IMG/VR virus record: IMGVR_UViG_3300024249_000019
Coordinates: 1-36,284 of that record
Reading direction: 5' to 3' (one strand)
DNA from: a virus
Lineage: Duplodnaviria > Caudoviricetes
DNA: 36,284 nucleotides
A program made the translations under genes and the position numbers. Below are positions 25,953 to 35,492 of this stretch, piece by piece (positions within the stretch are counted from its first letter, which is position 1; the number at the start of each line of letters is the position of its first letter). Under the pieces are notes generated by a model. That model searched no databases, was not told the origin of the DNA, and saw only the letters and a program-made list of their open reading frames with translations.

Positions 25953-26197
25953 TGAGCGACGCACAGGCGCCGATGGTCACGCCCGAGCAACCGCTCAGTG
26001 TCGTGCTGAGCATCCAGCAGTGGCGCGCCGTGCTTGAGCAACTGGCCGCCCCACTGCGCCCCGTGCAGGCGATGATCGCTGACATCGAACGGCAGTGTCA
26101 GACGCAGATCGCACGCCTGCAACAGCCGCCCTTGGCTATGAACATGCCACCGCGCGGTAACGGCGCGGAGGAACGGTCAGATGCCAGCCATAGCTAA
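25949..26197 (+). CDS. hypothetical helical protein (possible fibre chaperone)
   Basis: VLEQLAAPLRPVQAMIADIERQ; position among fibre genes. Confidence 0.55.
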   Translation: MMSDAQAPMVTPEQPLSVVLSIQQWRAVLEQLAAPLRPVQAMIADIERQCQTQIARLQQPPLAMNMPPRGNGAEERSDASHS

Positions 26198-26791
26198 CTG
26201 CGGCGAAGTGTTCTCTTGGTTGCGCTCGATATACACGATGAGCTTGCGCAGCCTGTCCGGACTGTCCTTCACGCATCCCAACGCAATGTTGCATCGGTCG
26301 CAAATCCAGCCGCGTGGATGGCCTTTGGTATGACAATGATCGAAGACAATGCCGCCGTCGTTGCCGCCGCACGCATCGCAAGCGTCCGGTCGCTTCCTGC
26401 CCAACAGGATCTCGTTCCTGGCGAGCAGCTTGGCGGGGCGTCTGGCGTTATTGCGCTTCCAAGCCGCTCGGTATTGCTCAGGCTTCTCCACCTGGACCAG
26501 CTTGCTGCGTCCACGTTGCTGCGCGTTAAGCTTGGCCCGATTAGCCGACTTATATGCCTTGCGATCAGCGACCACCTTTTCTCGGTTCTTTATGCGCCAT
26601 TCTCGCTGCTTTTCTCGAATGCGCGCCTTATTGGCGGCCTGATATTCGCGCTGATATGCTGCTATCTCTTCCTTGTTGGAGTTACGCTTAAGGCGTTCCT
26701 GCTCGCGGATCTTGTCTATGTTCTTCTGTCGCCACGCGCGGAAATACGCCCTCTGAGCGGCTCGCTTTTCTTCGGTCATGCTATGCTTCAT
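26177..26791 (-). CDS. endonuclease VII-family nuclease (paralogue of 19262-19858)
   Basis: CDAC...VFDHCHTKGHPRGWICDRCNIALG; N-terminal basic repeats; start MKHSM after SD. Confidence 0.88.
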   Translation of the reverse strand: MKHSMTEEKRAAQRAYFRAWRQKNIDKIREQERLKRNSNKEEIAAYQREYQAANKARIREKQREWRIKNREKVVADRKAYKSANRAKLNAQQRGRSKLVQVEKPEQYRAAWKRNNARRPAKLLARNEILLGRKRPDACDACGGNDGGIVFDHCHTKGHPRGWICDRCNIALGCVKDSPDRLRKLIVYIERNQENTSPQLAMAGI

Positions 26792-26865
26792 CAGCCTCGA
26801 TCCTTCTCGCGGGGGGTCGGGGTTAGGGGCGGTGGCAGTGTTGGACGCACTGTCGCCGCTCTGTT
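26786..26865 (+). ncRNA. SymR-like cis-antisense RNA element 4
   Basis: CAT; GATCCT..GGGGTC; GGGGTTA; 15-bp hairpin with four G-U pairs, apex GTG-TTGGACG-CAC. Confidence 0.6.
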
Positions 26866-26885
26866 GATACCATGGAGTGCATCGC

Positions 26886-27704
26886 ATGTCAGCTAGCACC
26901 ACTCCTAACTACGGCTTCAACTTACCGATTATTGGCGGCAATCAAGATACGTGGGGGAACCTCACTAATTCCAACTGGACCGCGCTGGATGGCTTCCTGC
27001 ACACGCTGACTGGGGGCACCGGGCCGACCGGCTCATTCCTGCCGACAACCGGCGGCGATATCACCGGCAGCATGACCATCAGCGGCAATCTCAGCGTCGG
27101 CAACCAACTCGGGGCCAGCGTCGGAGAATTCAAGACATCCTACACAGACGGATCGGCCTTCTTTGCCCACACCCAGGTCACCGACTTCTCGATCTATCGC
27201 GCCTTTCCGCAGCGCATCCTGCAGTGGCAGACCAACGTCACGGACGTCTACGACGAGCAGAACGGCACTCGCTTCTGGAACTCCAACACATCGCTGATGA
27301 GCCTGCAGTATGGCGGCCATCTCACCATCACCGGTAACGCTTTCAAGCCGAGCGGCGGGGCGTGGGCGGCAACCTCGGACGACCGCGTCAAGCGCCACGT
27401 CGAGCCATATCGGTCGGGACTGGCTGAGATATGCGCGCTGCTGCCCATCGCGTTTGAATACAACGGCGAGGGCGGCACGGCAGACGACGGGGTGACGCAC
27501 TACGGCCTCTCGGCGCAGGCCACACAGCCCATCATGCCGGAACTGGTGTTCGAGATGGCAACACCACGTCTCGATGGCTCGATTGATCCGCAGCTACTGC
27601 CCGGACAACTCGGCACCCAGTTGGGGCCACTCCTGCTCGCCGCCTGCAACGCCATCCGCGAGCTGGCAGAGCGGGTGACGGCGCTGGAATTGATCAGTGC
27701 CTAG
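26886..27704 (+). CDS. tail fibre with intramolecular chaperone (peptidase S74-like) domain
   Basis: TSDDRVKRHV...YGLSAQ..IMPELV...AIRELAERVTALE; same N-terminal anchor as other fibres. Confidence 0.8.
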   Translation: MSASTTPNYGFNLPIIGGNQDTWGNLTNSNWTALDGFLHTLTGGTGPTGSFLPTTGGDITGSMTISGNLSVGNQLGASVGEFKTSYTDGSAFFAHTQVTDFSIYRAFPQRILQWQTNVTDVYDEQNGTRFWNSNTSLMSLQYGGHLTITGNAFKPSGGAWAATSDDRVKRHVEPYRSGLAEICALLPIAFEYNGEGGTADDGVTHYGLSAQATQPIMPELVFEMATPRLDGSIDPQLLPGQLGTQLGPLLLAACNAIRELAERVTALELISA

Positions 27705-29256
27705 GCTTACCCAATCGCCACCGCCAGGCATCGTGCGCGAGAGCTCGTCGGAGGCGACCGCGGGACGCTGGTGGAACAGCAACAACATGCGCTGGCGTGG
27801 CGGCACCCTGGTGCCTGTCGGCGGCAACATGGTGGTCGAGGGCAGCAATGTCTCGGACGTCCCGCGAGACGTCGTCACCTGGCACGATAACGCGTATCAG
27901 CGCTGGGCGGCCTTCGGCACCGATACGCACCTCTGGGCCTACTGCTTCGATACTCAGGTGCTCTACGACATCACGCCGACCGGGGCGCCCCCGATCCTGC
28001 CGCCGGGCTATGCCTCGGGCTACGGCCTCGGCTTCTACGGCAACGGTGTCTACGGCATCTCGTCCCCTACAGGCGCACCGATCGGCCCCCCCGGCATCCT
28101 CGGCACCGTCACCGACTGGTGGTCGATGGATACGTTCGGTGAGCTGCTCGTGGTCGTGCCGACGCAGGACGGGCACCTGTATTCGTGGGATCCAAACACA
28201 CCGACGACACCCGCCACCCAGGTGCTCAATGCCCCCACCGGCAACCGTGGCGTCATCGTGACCGACCAGCGCCAGGTGGTGCTGTATGGCTCGGGCGGCG
28301 ATCCCCGTAAGATCGCCTGGTCCGACCAGGAGGATATGACCGTCTGGACCGCCGACGTCACCAACCTGGCTGGCGAGAAGCAGCTGGTGACCAGCGCGGC
28401 CGCGCTCACCGCGTGCAAGGTGGCGGCAGGCGTCCTGCTGTTCACCACCAATGACGTTCACCTCATGACGTACGTCGGGCCGCCGTATGCGTACGGCATC
28501 AGCCAGATCGCTGCTGGCTGCGGTCCGATCTCACCGCGCGCAGTGGCAGGGGCCGGCTCGTTCGCGGCCTGGATGAGCGCGCAGAACTTCTGGTTCTATA
28601 ACGGCAACGTCCAGCCGCTGCCGTGCGATGTGAAGAACTATTTCTTCGCCTCACTCAAAGCGGGGGGCGCCGGCCGGCTGTTCGGCTCGGCCAATCCGCA
28701 GTTTGCCGAGCTGTGGTGGGACTGGCCGGATGAGACCTCACAGAGCGGCGAGAACAACCGCTACATCGCCATGAACTACACCACGATCCCTGGCTACTGG
28801 CTGCTGGGCTCACGGACGCGCACCGCGGGCGATCGCATCGGCACCCTCGACTATCCAATCCTGGGCGGCGTCAGTGGCACCGGCGGGGCGTTGTTCCAGC
28901 ACGAGACCGGCTACACTGACAACGGCGCGCCACGCGCCAGCGCCGGCCAGGTGTTCGTCGAGAGCGGCGCCATCAACCAGGGCGAGGGGGATATCCGCTT
29001 CCATATCAAACAGGTGGTTTTCGATGACACCACCAATCCAACACTGGCACCGCATTTCGGCTTCCGGTTCCTGGCCAGGGAACAACCGCGCTCGCCGGTC
29101 GAGACCGACAGCGGGCTGTATACACAAATCCATGACGGACTGATGGATGCGCGGATCTCGGGGCGCAGCGTGCGGATGCGCATCGAGGCGATCGATGACG
29201 CGCCATTCAGTGTCGGGCGCAATCGCATCGATATCAGCGCCGCGGGACGCCGCTGA
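27697..29256 (+). CDS. tail nozzle / stabilisation protein (P22 gp10-like position)
   Basis: 519-aa beta-rich ORF, IAWSDQED...W, CGPISPRAV; precedes ejection genes. Confidence 0.65.
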   Translation: MPRLTQSPPPGIVRESSSEATAGRWWNSNNMRWRGGTLVPVGGNMVVEGSNVSDVPRDVVTWHDNAYQRWAAFGTDTHLWAYCFDTQVLYDITPTGAPPILPPGYASGYGLGFYGNGVYGISSPTGAPIGPPGILGTVTDWWSMDTFGELLVVVPTQDGHLYSWDPNTPTTPATQVLNAPTGNRGVIVTDQRQVVLYGSGGDPRKIAWSDQEDMTVWTADVTNLAGEKQLVTSAAALTACKVAAGVLLFTTNDVHLMTYVGPPYAYGISQIAAGCGPISPRAVAGAGSFAAWMSAQNFWFYNGNVQPLPCDVKNYFFASLKAGGAGRLFGSANPQFAELWWDWPDETSQSGENNRYIAMNYTTIPGYWLLGSRTRTAGDRIGTLDYPILGGVSGTGGALFQHETGYTDNGAPRASAGQVFVESGAINQGEGDIRFHIKQVVFDDTTNPTLAPHFGFRFLAREQPRSPVETDSGLYTQIHDGLMDARISGRSVRMRIEAIDDAPFSVGRNRIDISAAGRR

Positions 29257-29474
29257 TGGCCCGCCTGCCGCACGCACCCGCGCCGTTCATTGCCTCGATC
29301 TCGGGCGATCTCAACCAACGCCTGGCGCAGGTCGCTGACGCGATCAACCGTAAGGCAGATGCGACCACCACGCCCTCGTTCAACAGCATCGTGCTGCGCG
29401 CGCCGGATGGCAGCAGCTGGGAAGTGTCGGTGGATGTCGGTGGTGCACTGGTCACCGCGCAGGTGCTGCCATGA
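29256..29474 (+). CDS. small tail protein
   Basis: Coupled stops/starts; IVLRAPDGSSWEVSVD.GGAL. Confidence 0.6.
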   Translation: MARLPHAPAPFIASISGDLNQRLAQVADAINRKADATTTPSFNSIVLRAPDGSSWEVSVDVGGALVTAQVLP

Positions 29475-29842
29475 GCCTGTCCGGCGGCGAGAAAGCCAGG
29501 CGGCTGCAACGCGCTCTGGAATATGCCGGCGGCACGCATCGCATGGATAATGTCGTTGAAATGCTTAAAGCGGGGGACGCCACGCTGTTCGAGAACGAGG
29601 GTGGCGTCGTGGTGGCTGAGATCCAGACCTATCCGCTCTGCAAGGTCGCCCATTTTTGGCTGGGCGCCGGTGAGTTGCGCGCCTGCGTGGATCTCGAGGA
29701 CGAGGTGCTGCGCTGGGGCATCGAGCAGGGCTGCAGTGCCGCCACGATCGTGGGGCGTCCGGGGTGGGGCCGCATTGGCGCCTCGCGCGGCTGGAAGCCC
29801 TGGCACAGCACGCTGATCAAGCCACTGGAGCCCATGCCATGA
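29471..29842 (+). CDS. GNAT-fold-like phage protein
   Basis: VVAEIQTYP..HFWLGAGEL...WGIEQGC...GRPGWGR. Confidence 0.6.
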   Translation: MSLSGGEKARRLQRALEYAGGTHRMDNVVEMLKAGDATLFENEGGVVVAEIQTYPLCKVAHFWLGAGELRACVDLEDEVLRWGIEQGCSAATIVGRPGWGRIGASRGWKPWHSTLIKPLEPMP

Positions 29843-31197
29843 GGTTCAACGAGGCTGGCCAACCGGACCATCTGTCGTTCGCCGGGCTGCGCGGCGGGGG
29901 CGGCGGCAAAGGCGGCAAACAACAGACGGTGCAAGATACCGGCGGCACCAGCAACACCAGCGGGACGTCAGCGACGCAGTTGCCGCCTTGGCTCACCGAT
30001 GCCGCGCAGCAGGCGGTCGGCACCGCGCGGACGCTGTCGCAAGACCCCAACCTGTTCACCCCGTATCCAGGGCAACAGGTCGCCGATGTATCGCCCGGCA
30101 CGCAGGCGGGCTGGAACTACGGCATCAACACCGATCCGACCGCCATGGCCAGCCAGATCGGCAGCGGCGCTGGCGGCATCTATAACGTCTTGGCGCAGAT
30201 GTCTCTGCCGCAATCGCAGCAATACATCCAGCAGGGCGAGCAGGGCGCCCAGGGGGCGATCGGCACCGGGCTGTCGCAGGGGCAGTATGCGATCAACACC
30301 GGGCTGGCGAACGCCCAGCAGGCGATGCAGGGCGGCCTCGGCAACGCGCAGGGACTGCTCGGTGGGTGGGCAGGGCTCGGCCCGACCAGCGCACTGTCGG
30401 TGGCGCAGGACGCCCGCAGCATGATGTCGCCCTACACCCAGGCTGTCATCGATCCGACCATGGCGCTCGGCAAGCAGGCGCTGCAGCAGAACCTCCAGCA
30501 GGTCGGCGCCAATGCCAACCAGGCCGGGGCGTTCGGTGGCTCGCGACAGGGCGTGCAGGAGGGTGTGGCACAGAGCCAGGCAGCGTTGGGCGAGAGCAAC
30601 ATCTTGGGCCAGCTGCTCAATACCGGCTACGGCCAGGCGCTGACCACCGCGGGGCAACTCGGCAACACCCGCCAGCAGCTCAGTGAGAATGCAGCCAGCA
30701 TACTGGGACAGATGTATGGCAACGCCGGCAGCACGATGGCGGGGCTGCAGGCGAAGGGTGGCACCGACTTCGCGTCGCTGCTCGGCTCCGGGGCCGACCG
30801 GCTGGCGCAGGGGAACCTCGCCGCCGGTGGCCAGATGGCCGGCTACAACCAGACCGACATCGCCAACGCACTGCAAACCGGCTCGGGACTGCCGCAGCAG
30901 TATCTGCAGAACCTGCTGGGCATCGGCGGCCTGCAGCAGAGCCAGCAACAGGCCGGGTTGAATGCCCAGATGGGCAACTATTACGGGACGCAGCAGCAAC
31001 CGATCCAGAACCTCGATCTGCTGCTCTCGGCGGTGAGCGGCGTGCCCTTCGGCACCACCGGCGCCACCACCGGCACCGGTGCCACCACCGGCACCGGCAC
31101 CACGACAGCCACCACGACGCCCAGCACGGTCGACCAGATCGGCAGCTATCTCGGGCTGATCAGTAAGGTGGCATCGGTCGGCGGCGGATTGGTGTAG
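29839..31197 (+). CDS. ejection (DNA pilot) protein
   Basis: G/Q/A-rich; GGGGGKGG near N-terminus; GAFGGSRQGV motif. Confidence 0.7.
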   Translation: MRFNEAGQPDHLSFAGLRGGGGGKGGKQQTVQDTGGTSNTSGTSATQLPPWLTDAAQQAVGTARTLSQDPNLFTPYPGQQVADVSPGTQAGWNYGINTDPTAMASQIGSGAGGIYNVLAQMSLPQSQQYIQQGEQGAQGAIGTGLSQGQYAINTGLANAQQAMQGGLGNAQGLLGGWAGLGPTSALSVAQDARSMMSPYTQAVIDPTMALGKQALQQNLQQVGANANQAGAFGGSRQGVQEGVAQSQAALGESNILGQLLNTGYGQALTTAGQLGNTRQQLSENAASILGQMYGNAGSTMAGLQAKGGTDFASLLGSGADRLAQGNLAAGGQMAGYNQTDIANALQTGSGLPQQYLQNLLGIGGLQQSQQQAGLNAQMGNYYGTQQQPIQNLDLLLSAVSGVPFGTTGATTGTGATTGTGTTTATTTPSTVDQIGSYLGLISKVASVGGGLV

Positions 31198-31209
31198 GGG
31201 GAATAGGCG

Positions 31210-31620
31210 ATGAGTGGCACGTCGGCTGAAGACCTATTGGCCGGGTGGGGTTCGGAGCCTCTATCCTTCAGTGGCTCGTCCGGTCCGGGGTTTGTCGATA
31301 CCGGTGGGCTCGACACGACGGGCGCCGGCTCGTCCGGCATCAATGCGCAGGGCATCGCCAAAGCATTGCAGGGGCTCGGTGGCCAGCAGGGCGCCCAGAA
31401 GCCCGCGGTGCCGAACCTGCCTGGCGTGGCCGGTGTGGCACCCGGTGGCATCCAGGCCAATTCCAACGCCTACAGCGGCAGTGCCACCGGCATGAACCAG
31501 TTCCTGCAGGCGCTGATGGCACGCGTCGAGGCGTTGCGCGCGGCGTCCAACCCAGCCGCTGCGCGTCCGGTCAACATGGCCGGCGGCGGCGTGCGCGGTC
31601 CTGGGCTGCTCGGGCTCTGA
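31210..31620 (+). CDS. Gly/Ala-rich virion-associated protein
   Basis: Between ejection genes. Confidence 0.55.
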   Translation: MSGTSAEDLLAGWGSEPLSFSGSSGPGFVDTGGLDTTGAGSSGINAQGIAKALQGLGGQQGAQKPAVPNLPGVAGVAPGGIQANSNAYSGSATGMNQFLQALMARVEALRAASNPAAARPVNMAGGGVRGPGLLGL

Positions 31621-31629
31621 GGGGGCGAC

Positions 31630-33849
31630 ATGGCAGACACCGCGGACGACACCCAGACACTGCCGGATTACTCTGCCGCGTCGCCTGAGGTGAAGGCGGC
31701 GCTGCTGGGCCAGGCAGGCGGTGGCGGGAGCGGCGTCGACCTCAACGCCATCGCGCAGCAGCTGTTGCAACAACCGACCCTGCCGCAGCCCGACACCACA
31801 CCGGTCAAGCGCGGCTTCCTGTCGCTGCTCGGCGAGGCGCTGGCCGGCGGGCCGCTTACCGACGTGATGAGCCCGGCACAACGGGAGCGTGCTGGACTGC
31901 GCGCGCTGGGCGATTTCGGCACCTCGCTGATGGCGGGCAGCGGCTACTACCCGGGCAAGCCGATGTTCGGTGGGCTGGCAGAGGGGTTCCAGGGCGCGGC
32001 GCGTGGGGAGGCCGGCTCTGAGCAGGCCGCGGCGGCTTATCTCGCGGCGCAGCAGCAATACGCTGCGGGGCAGCAGCAGCAGTATCTTGAGCGGCTCAAG
32101 GTGGCGGTGCCGTTGCTGCGTGCCGGCGCCGCCGGTGCCGTGCCCAATCTGCTGCTCGGTGGTGGCGCCGTGCCAGGAACCAGCGGGGGCGCTGGTGGCG
32201 GCGGATATGAGGGCTCAATCGCCGGCATCGAGGGCACCGGCAAGAACAAGAACTCCTCGGCGTCCGGCGTCGGCCAGTTCCTCGACAGCACCTGGTCCGA
32301 CTTCGCCGCGGCTAACCCGGATCTGTTCAAGGGCATGACGCCGGCGCAGGTGATGGCCGCAAAGTCAGATCCAAGCCTTGGCGCCAAGGCCATCTCGTGG
32401 CTGGCACAGCGCAACGCGGGCGTGTTGAGCGGTGCGGGCGCAACGCCTACCGGCCAGTCACTCGGCATCGCGCACTATATCGGGCCGACGGCGGCGGCCA
32501 AGGTGATGGCAGCGCCGGACAATGCGCCTGTGAGCAGCTTCGTCAGCCCCGATGCGGTGCAGGCCAACAAGGAGATTGCCGCGGGGTTGACCGCCGGGCA
32601 GCTGAAGCAGCGCTACGCCAACGTGCCCGATCCCGACTTCCTGGCGCCCCCTAAGCCGGTGAAGGTGGCCGGTCCTGGGGCGCCCACAGGCGGCGCTACG
32701 GCGCCCGATGTGCCGTGGGATGTCCCGGCAGGGGGTGAGGCGGCAACCCCGCCAGCGGACGCCACAGCCCCGGCAACGGCAACGCCTGCCCCGCCCGCGC
32801 CCCTTTCGTTCGCGGACTTCCAGAAGCAGAACCCGATCCCCACCACGCCGGAGGAGCAGGCAACGCTCGATGCTCTGCAGCGGGTAAAACAGCAGACCGC
32901 GGTCGAGTTGCAGAATGCACCAACGACCGGCGTTGATAGGGTCAAGACGGTGCAGGCTGCCCGCGAGGCTGCCGATAATTTAGCTACAGCGACGCGCCAG
33001 ATACAGGACGCTCACACCGCCCATCAGGTGGCGCTGTACAACGCCGAGATGACGCGCCGGCAAGGGGACGAAAGAGCCGCGGCCGATCGGGCGGCGCAGA
33101 TCGCGCTGAAGGAGCAGGAGGGCAAGCAGGCAATCACGTTGGCCAACGTCCAGGGAGATGTGCAGCGCGCCACCAACAAGGAACAGGTGATCAATACCGC
33201 CAACCTGGAAGGCCTGAAAACGGCCCAGAAAGAGCAAGGCGAAGCCCGTGATGTGGTCTCCCAGCTGCAAGGTTTCCGCGCAATCTCCGATGGCGTCGGC
33301 CAGCCTAATTGGCTGCAGACCACCAAACTGCCAGGCAGCGAGAAAACAATCGCCGAGACACTAGGCCAACTCGGTATGCCGCTAAGCGATACCGGCGGCG
33401 TGCAACTGCTGCGCGGCGGCATCAACAACCTCGTGAAGACGCTGCGCCAGGGTATGGCTATGGGCTCGTTATCAGATCGCGATCTAAACTTCATTGAGCG
33501 TATGGGGCCAACCGAATGGATGGACCAGGACACCCGCACCGCAGCAGTCGCCTATCTCCAGCAGGCCTACCAAGCCAAGCAGCGGTTCACCTCCGATGTG
33601 CAGAAAGAGATGGCCAGGGGCAAGAACTACGGCGACGCGATCGATGCCGCCGACGCAAAGCAAAAGCCGTTTGTGCCAGCCGTGCCAGCCGATTTAAGCG
33701 CGCACTGGACCGACAATAGCCCAGAGTGGAGGGATCGACGCATCCAGTGGGCACAGCAGAACGAGGTCCACCCCGGCACGCTTTACCACCTTAGCAATGG
33801 CAGCATAATGGTAATGAAGTCGCCGCGCGCTCAGCAGGGGCAACAGTAA
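31630..33849 (+). CDS. ejection protein with lytic transglycosylase-like domain
   Basis: IAGIEG...SSASGVGQFLDSTW...AHYIGP. Confidence 0.75.
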   Translation: MADTADDTQTLPDYSAASPEVKAALLGQAGGGGSGVDLNAIAQQLLQQPTLPQPDTTPVKRGFLSLLGEALAGGPLTDVMSPAQRERAGLRALGDFGTSLMAGSGYYPGKPMFGGLAEGFQGAARGEAGSEQAAAAYLAAQQQYAAGQQQQYLERLKVAVPLLRAGAAGAVPNLLLGGGAVPGTSGGAGGGGYEGSIAGIEGTGKNKNSSASGVGQFLDSTWSDFAAANPDLFKGMTPAQVMAAKSDPSLGAKAISWLAQRNAGVLSGAGATPTGQSLGIAHYIGPTAAAKVMAAPDNAPVSSFVSPDAVQANKEIAAGLTAGQLKQRYANVPDPDFLAPPKPVKVAGPGAPTGGATAPDVPWDVPAGGEAATPPADATAPATATPAPPAPLSFADFQKQNPIPTTPEEQATLDALQRVKQQTAVELQNAPTTGVDRVKTVQAAREAADNLATATRQIQDAHTAHQVALYNAEMTRRQGDERAAADRAAQIALKEQEGKQAITLANVQGDVQRATNKEQVINTANLEGLKTAQKEQGEARDVVSQLQGFRAISDGVGQPNWLQTTKLPGSEKTIAETLGQLGMPLSDTGGVQLLRGGINNLVKTLRQGMAMGSLSDRDLNFIERMGPTEWMDQDTRTAAVAYLQQAYQAKQRFTSDVQKEMARGKNYGDAIDAADAKQKPFVPAVPADLSAHWTDNSPEWRDRRIQWAQQNEVHPGTLYHLSNGSIMVMKSPRAQQGQQ

Positions 33850-35381
33850 TGGGTGACAGCCTCGATCCCGCAGCCAGCTCGGTGATGGTGGCGCCAGGCG
33901 GCCCGAGCGGCTCGACCGACAACACCTCAACGACAGGCGTCGATCCTGGCGGCTCGTCCTACCCGGACATGACACCCACCCCAGGCAAACGATCGATCCT
34001 CGACACCAGCTTCAACACCGTGCCGTCCGATACCAGGCCTGGCGGATCGCTATGGGATGCTAATGTCCGCGTCGGAACGGAGATGAAGCAGACCTACCGG
34101 GACACGCAGCCGATCGTCGGGCCGGCAGCGCGCCAATGGATCGGCAACCAGGGATGGCTTGGCCGTAATGTCCTGGGACCAGCAGCGGATGTCGCCGATG
34201 TTCTAGGGAAAGGCGCATCGGCAGCCGGGGCCGGCGTTCTCGCCAACCTCTCGGAGATCGGTAGCGGCGGCAATCCCAAGCTGGCCAGGGACGTGCATGC
34301 CGCGCTGCAGATCCTGCCCGTGGTGCAGACCAGCATGCCACCTGTGGCTGGCCCGATTGTGCCGAAGGCACCAAGCTTCACGGGCGATATGCCGCCGCTG
34401 GCCCGGCCGCCTGGCGCACCGGCTGGCCCTACCAGCCCGAGTTACCAACCCGAAGCCGTGCCGATCAAGACGCCGGCTGATGCGCTTAAAGTCGCCAGCG
34501 GCCTGTATAAAACTGCCGACGCGTCAGACTTCCAGCTTCACCCACAGTTCACCCATGACTGGCTCGATAGCCTCGACCAGTATCAGAAGCAGACCCCCGC
34601 GGGGCAGGCCGCGGCAGGCCCCAATGCCACAACCAGTCTCATCGCTGATTTGCGCAAAACAGCCGACGCGCCGCTGGACAGCATTCAGAGCATCCAAGAG
34701 GTCGACAAGACGATTCAGGACGCAATTTCAAACCAATACCGCGACGGCACTCTGTCTCCCGAGGGCAGGCAGATGCGGCAGATCCTGCAGGACTTCCGCC
34801 AACGCTACTCGAACGTCCCGCCAGAGCATATGTCGGGCAGCCCACAGGGCATTCAGGCATTCAACGATGCGCGCAGCGCCTATGCGGCCTATTCGCGCAT
34901 GAACGATCTACAGGGCGTCGTGGACTCCACTGAGGGCAACCCCAATCGTGCGACGTTAATCGCATCACGCACCAATGCATTTCTGAATGATCCAGACAAT
35001 GTGCGTGGCTGGACCCCCGACGAAATCGCCACCGCCCGCAAGGCTGCCAACTCGGGCTTCCTGCAGGAGTGGATGCGCGCAGAAGGTAGTCGGTTGGTCG
35101 GTATTGGGACGGCTGTCACGGGGGGTGGTTTGACAGGCGCGCTGGCGGCGGTGCCAGCCCAGGTCGGGCTGTCCTACGCCGTGCGCAACGCTGCGGAGAA
35201 TATGCGACTGGCTCGATTGCAGAACGCTATCGGCGTCCTGGGACAACGCGTGCCGCAGCCTGGCACGGTGCCGCCGAGACCACCGCCGTTCATGCCGCCG
35301 CAATCCGTGGTATCAGCTGCTCGATATGCGCCGCTCGTAGGGCTGCTGGGGCAGCCAAACGGTCAACAATCCAATCAATGA
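33849..35381 (+). CDS. ejection/DNA transfer protein
   Basis: Large helical ORF closing the structural module. Confidence 0.65.
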   Translation: MGDSLDPAASSVMVAPGGPSGSTDNTSTTGVDPGGSSYPDMTPTPGKRSILDTSFNTVPSDTRPGGSLWDANVRVGTEMKQTYRDTQPIVGPAARQWIGNQGWLGRNVLGPAADVADVLGKGASAAGAGVLANLSEIGSGGNPKLARDVHAALQILPVVQTSMPPVAGPIVPKAPSFTGDMPPLARPPGAPAGPTSPSYQPEAVPIKTPADALKVASGLYKTADASDFQLHPQFTHDWLDSLDQYQKQTPAGQAAAGPNATTSLIADLRKTADAPLDSIQSIQEVDKTIQDAISNQYRDGTLSPEGRQMRQILQDFRQRYSNVPPEHMSGSPQGIQAFNDARSAYAAYSRMNDLQGVVDSTEGNPNRATLIASRTNAFLNDPDNVRGWTPDEIATARKAANSGFLQEWMRAEGSRLVGIGTAVTGGGLTGALAAVPAQVGLSYAVRNAAENMRLARLQNAIGVLGQRVPQPGTVPPRPPPFMPPQSVVSAARYAPLVGLLGQPNGQQSNQ

Positions 35382-35479
35382 GCGTTGCGGCGACCTCGCC
35401 AGGCTTCCCAATGATCGATCGCACGTATGACCAACCAAGCTAGCGGGATGCCGAGAAAGAAGCCCAATATCCAGATCAT
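35375..35479 (-). CDS. small membrane peptide (34 aa)
   Basis: MIWILGFFLGIPLAWLVIRAIDHW..., directly downstream of the minus-strand HNH gene. Confidence 0.35.
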   Translation of the reverse strand: MIWILGFFLGIPLAWLVIRAIDHWEAWRGRRNAH

Positions 35480-35492
35480 CACAGTTTCCCAG

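Noticed and set aside
24027-27704. Diversity-generating retroelement or invertible fibre switch
   Set aside because: No reverse transcriptase, invertase or near-identical TR/VR nucleotide pair seen; similarity is at diverged protein level
31051-31110. GGCACC/ACC tandem repeats
   Set aside because: Encode a Gly/Thr low-complexity tract of the ejection protein; no sign of a separate DNA function
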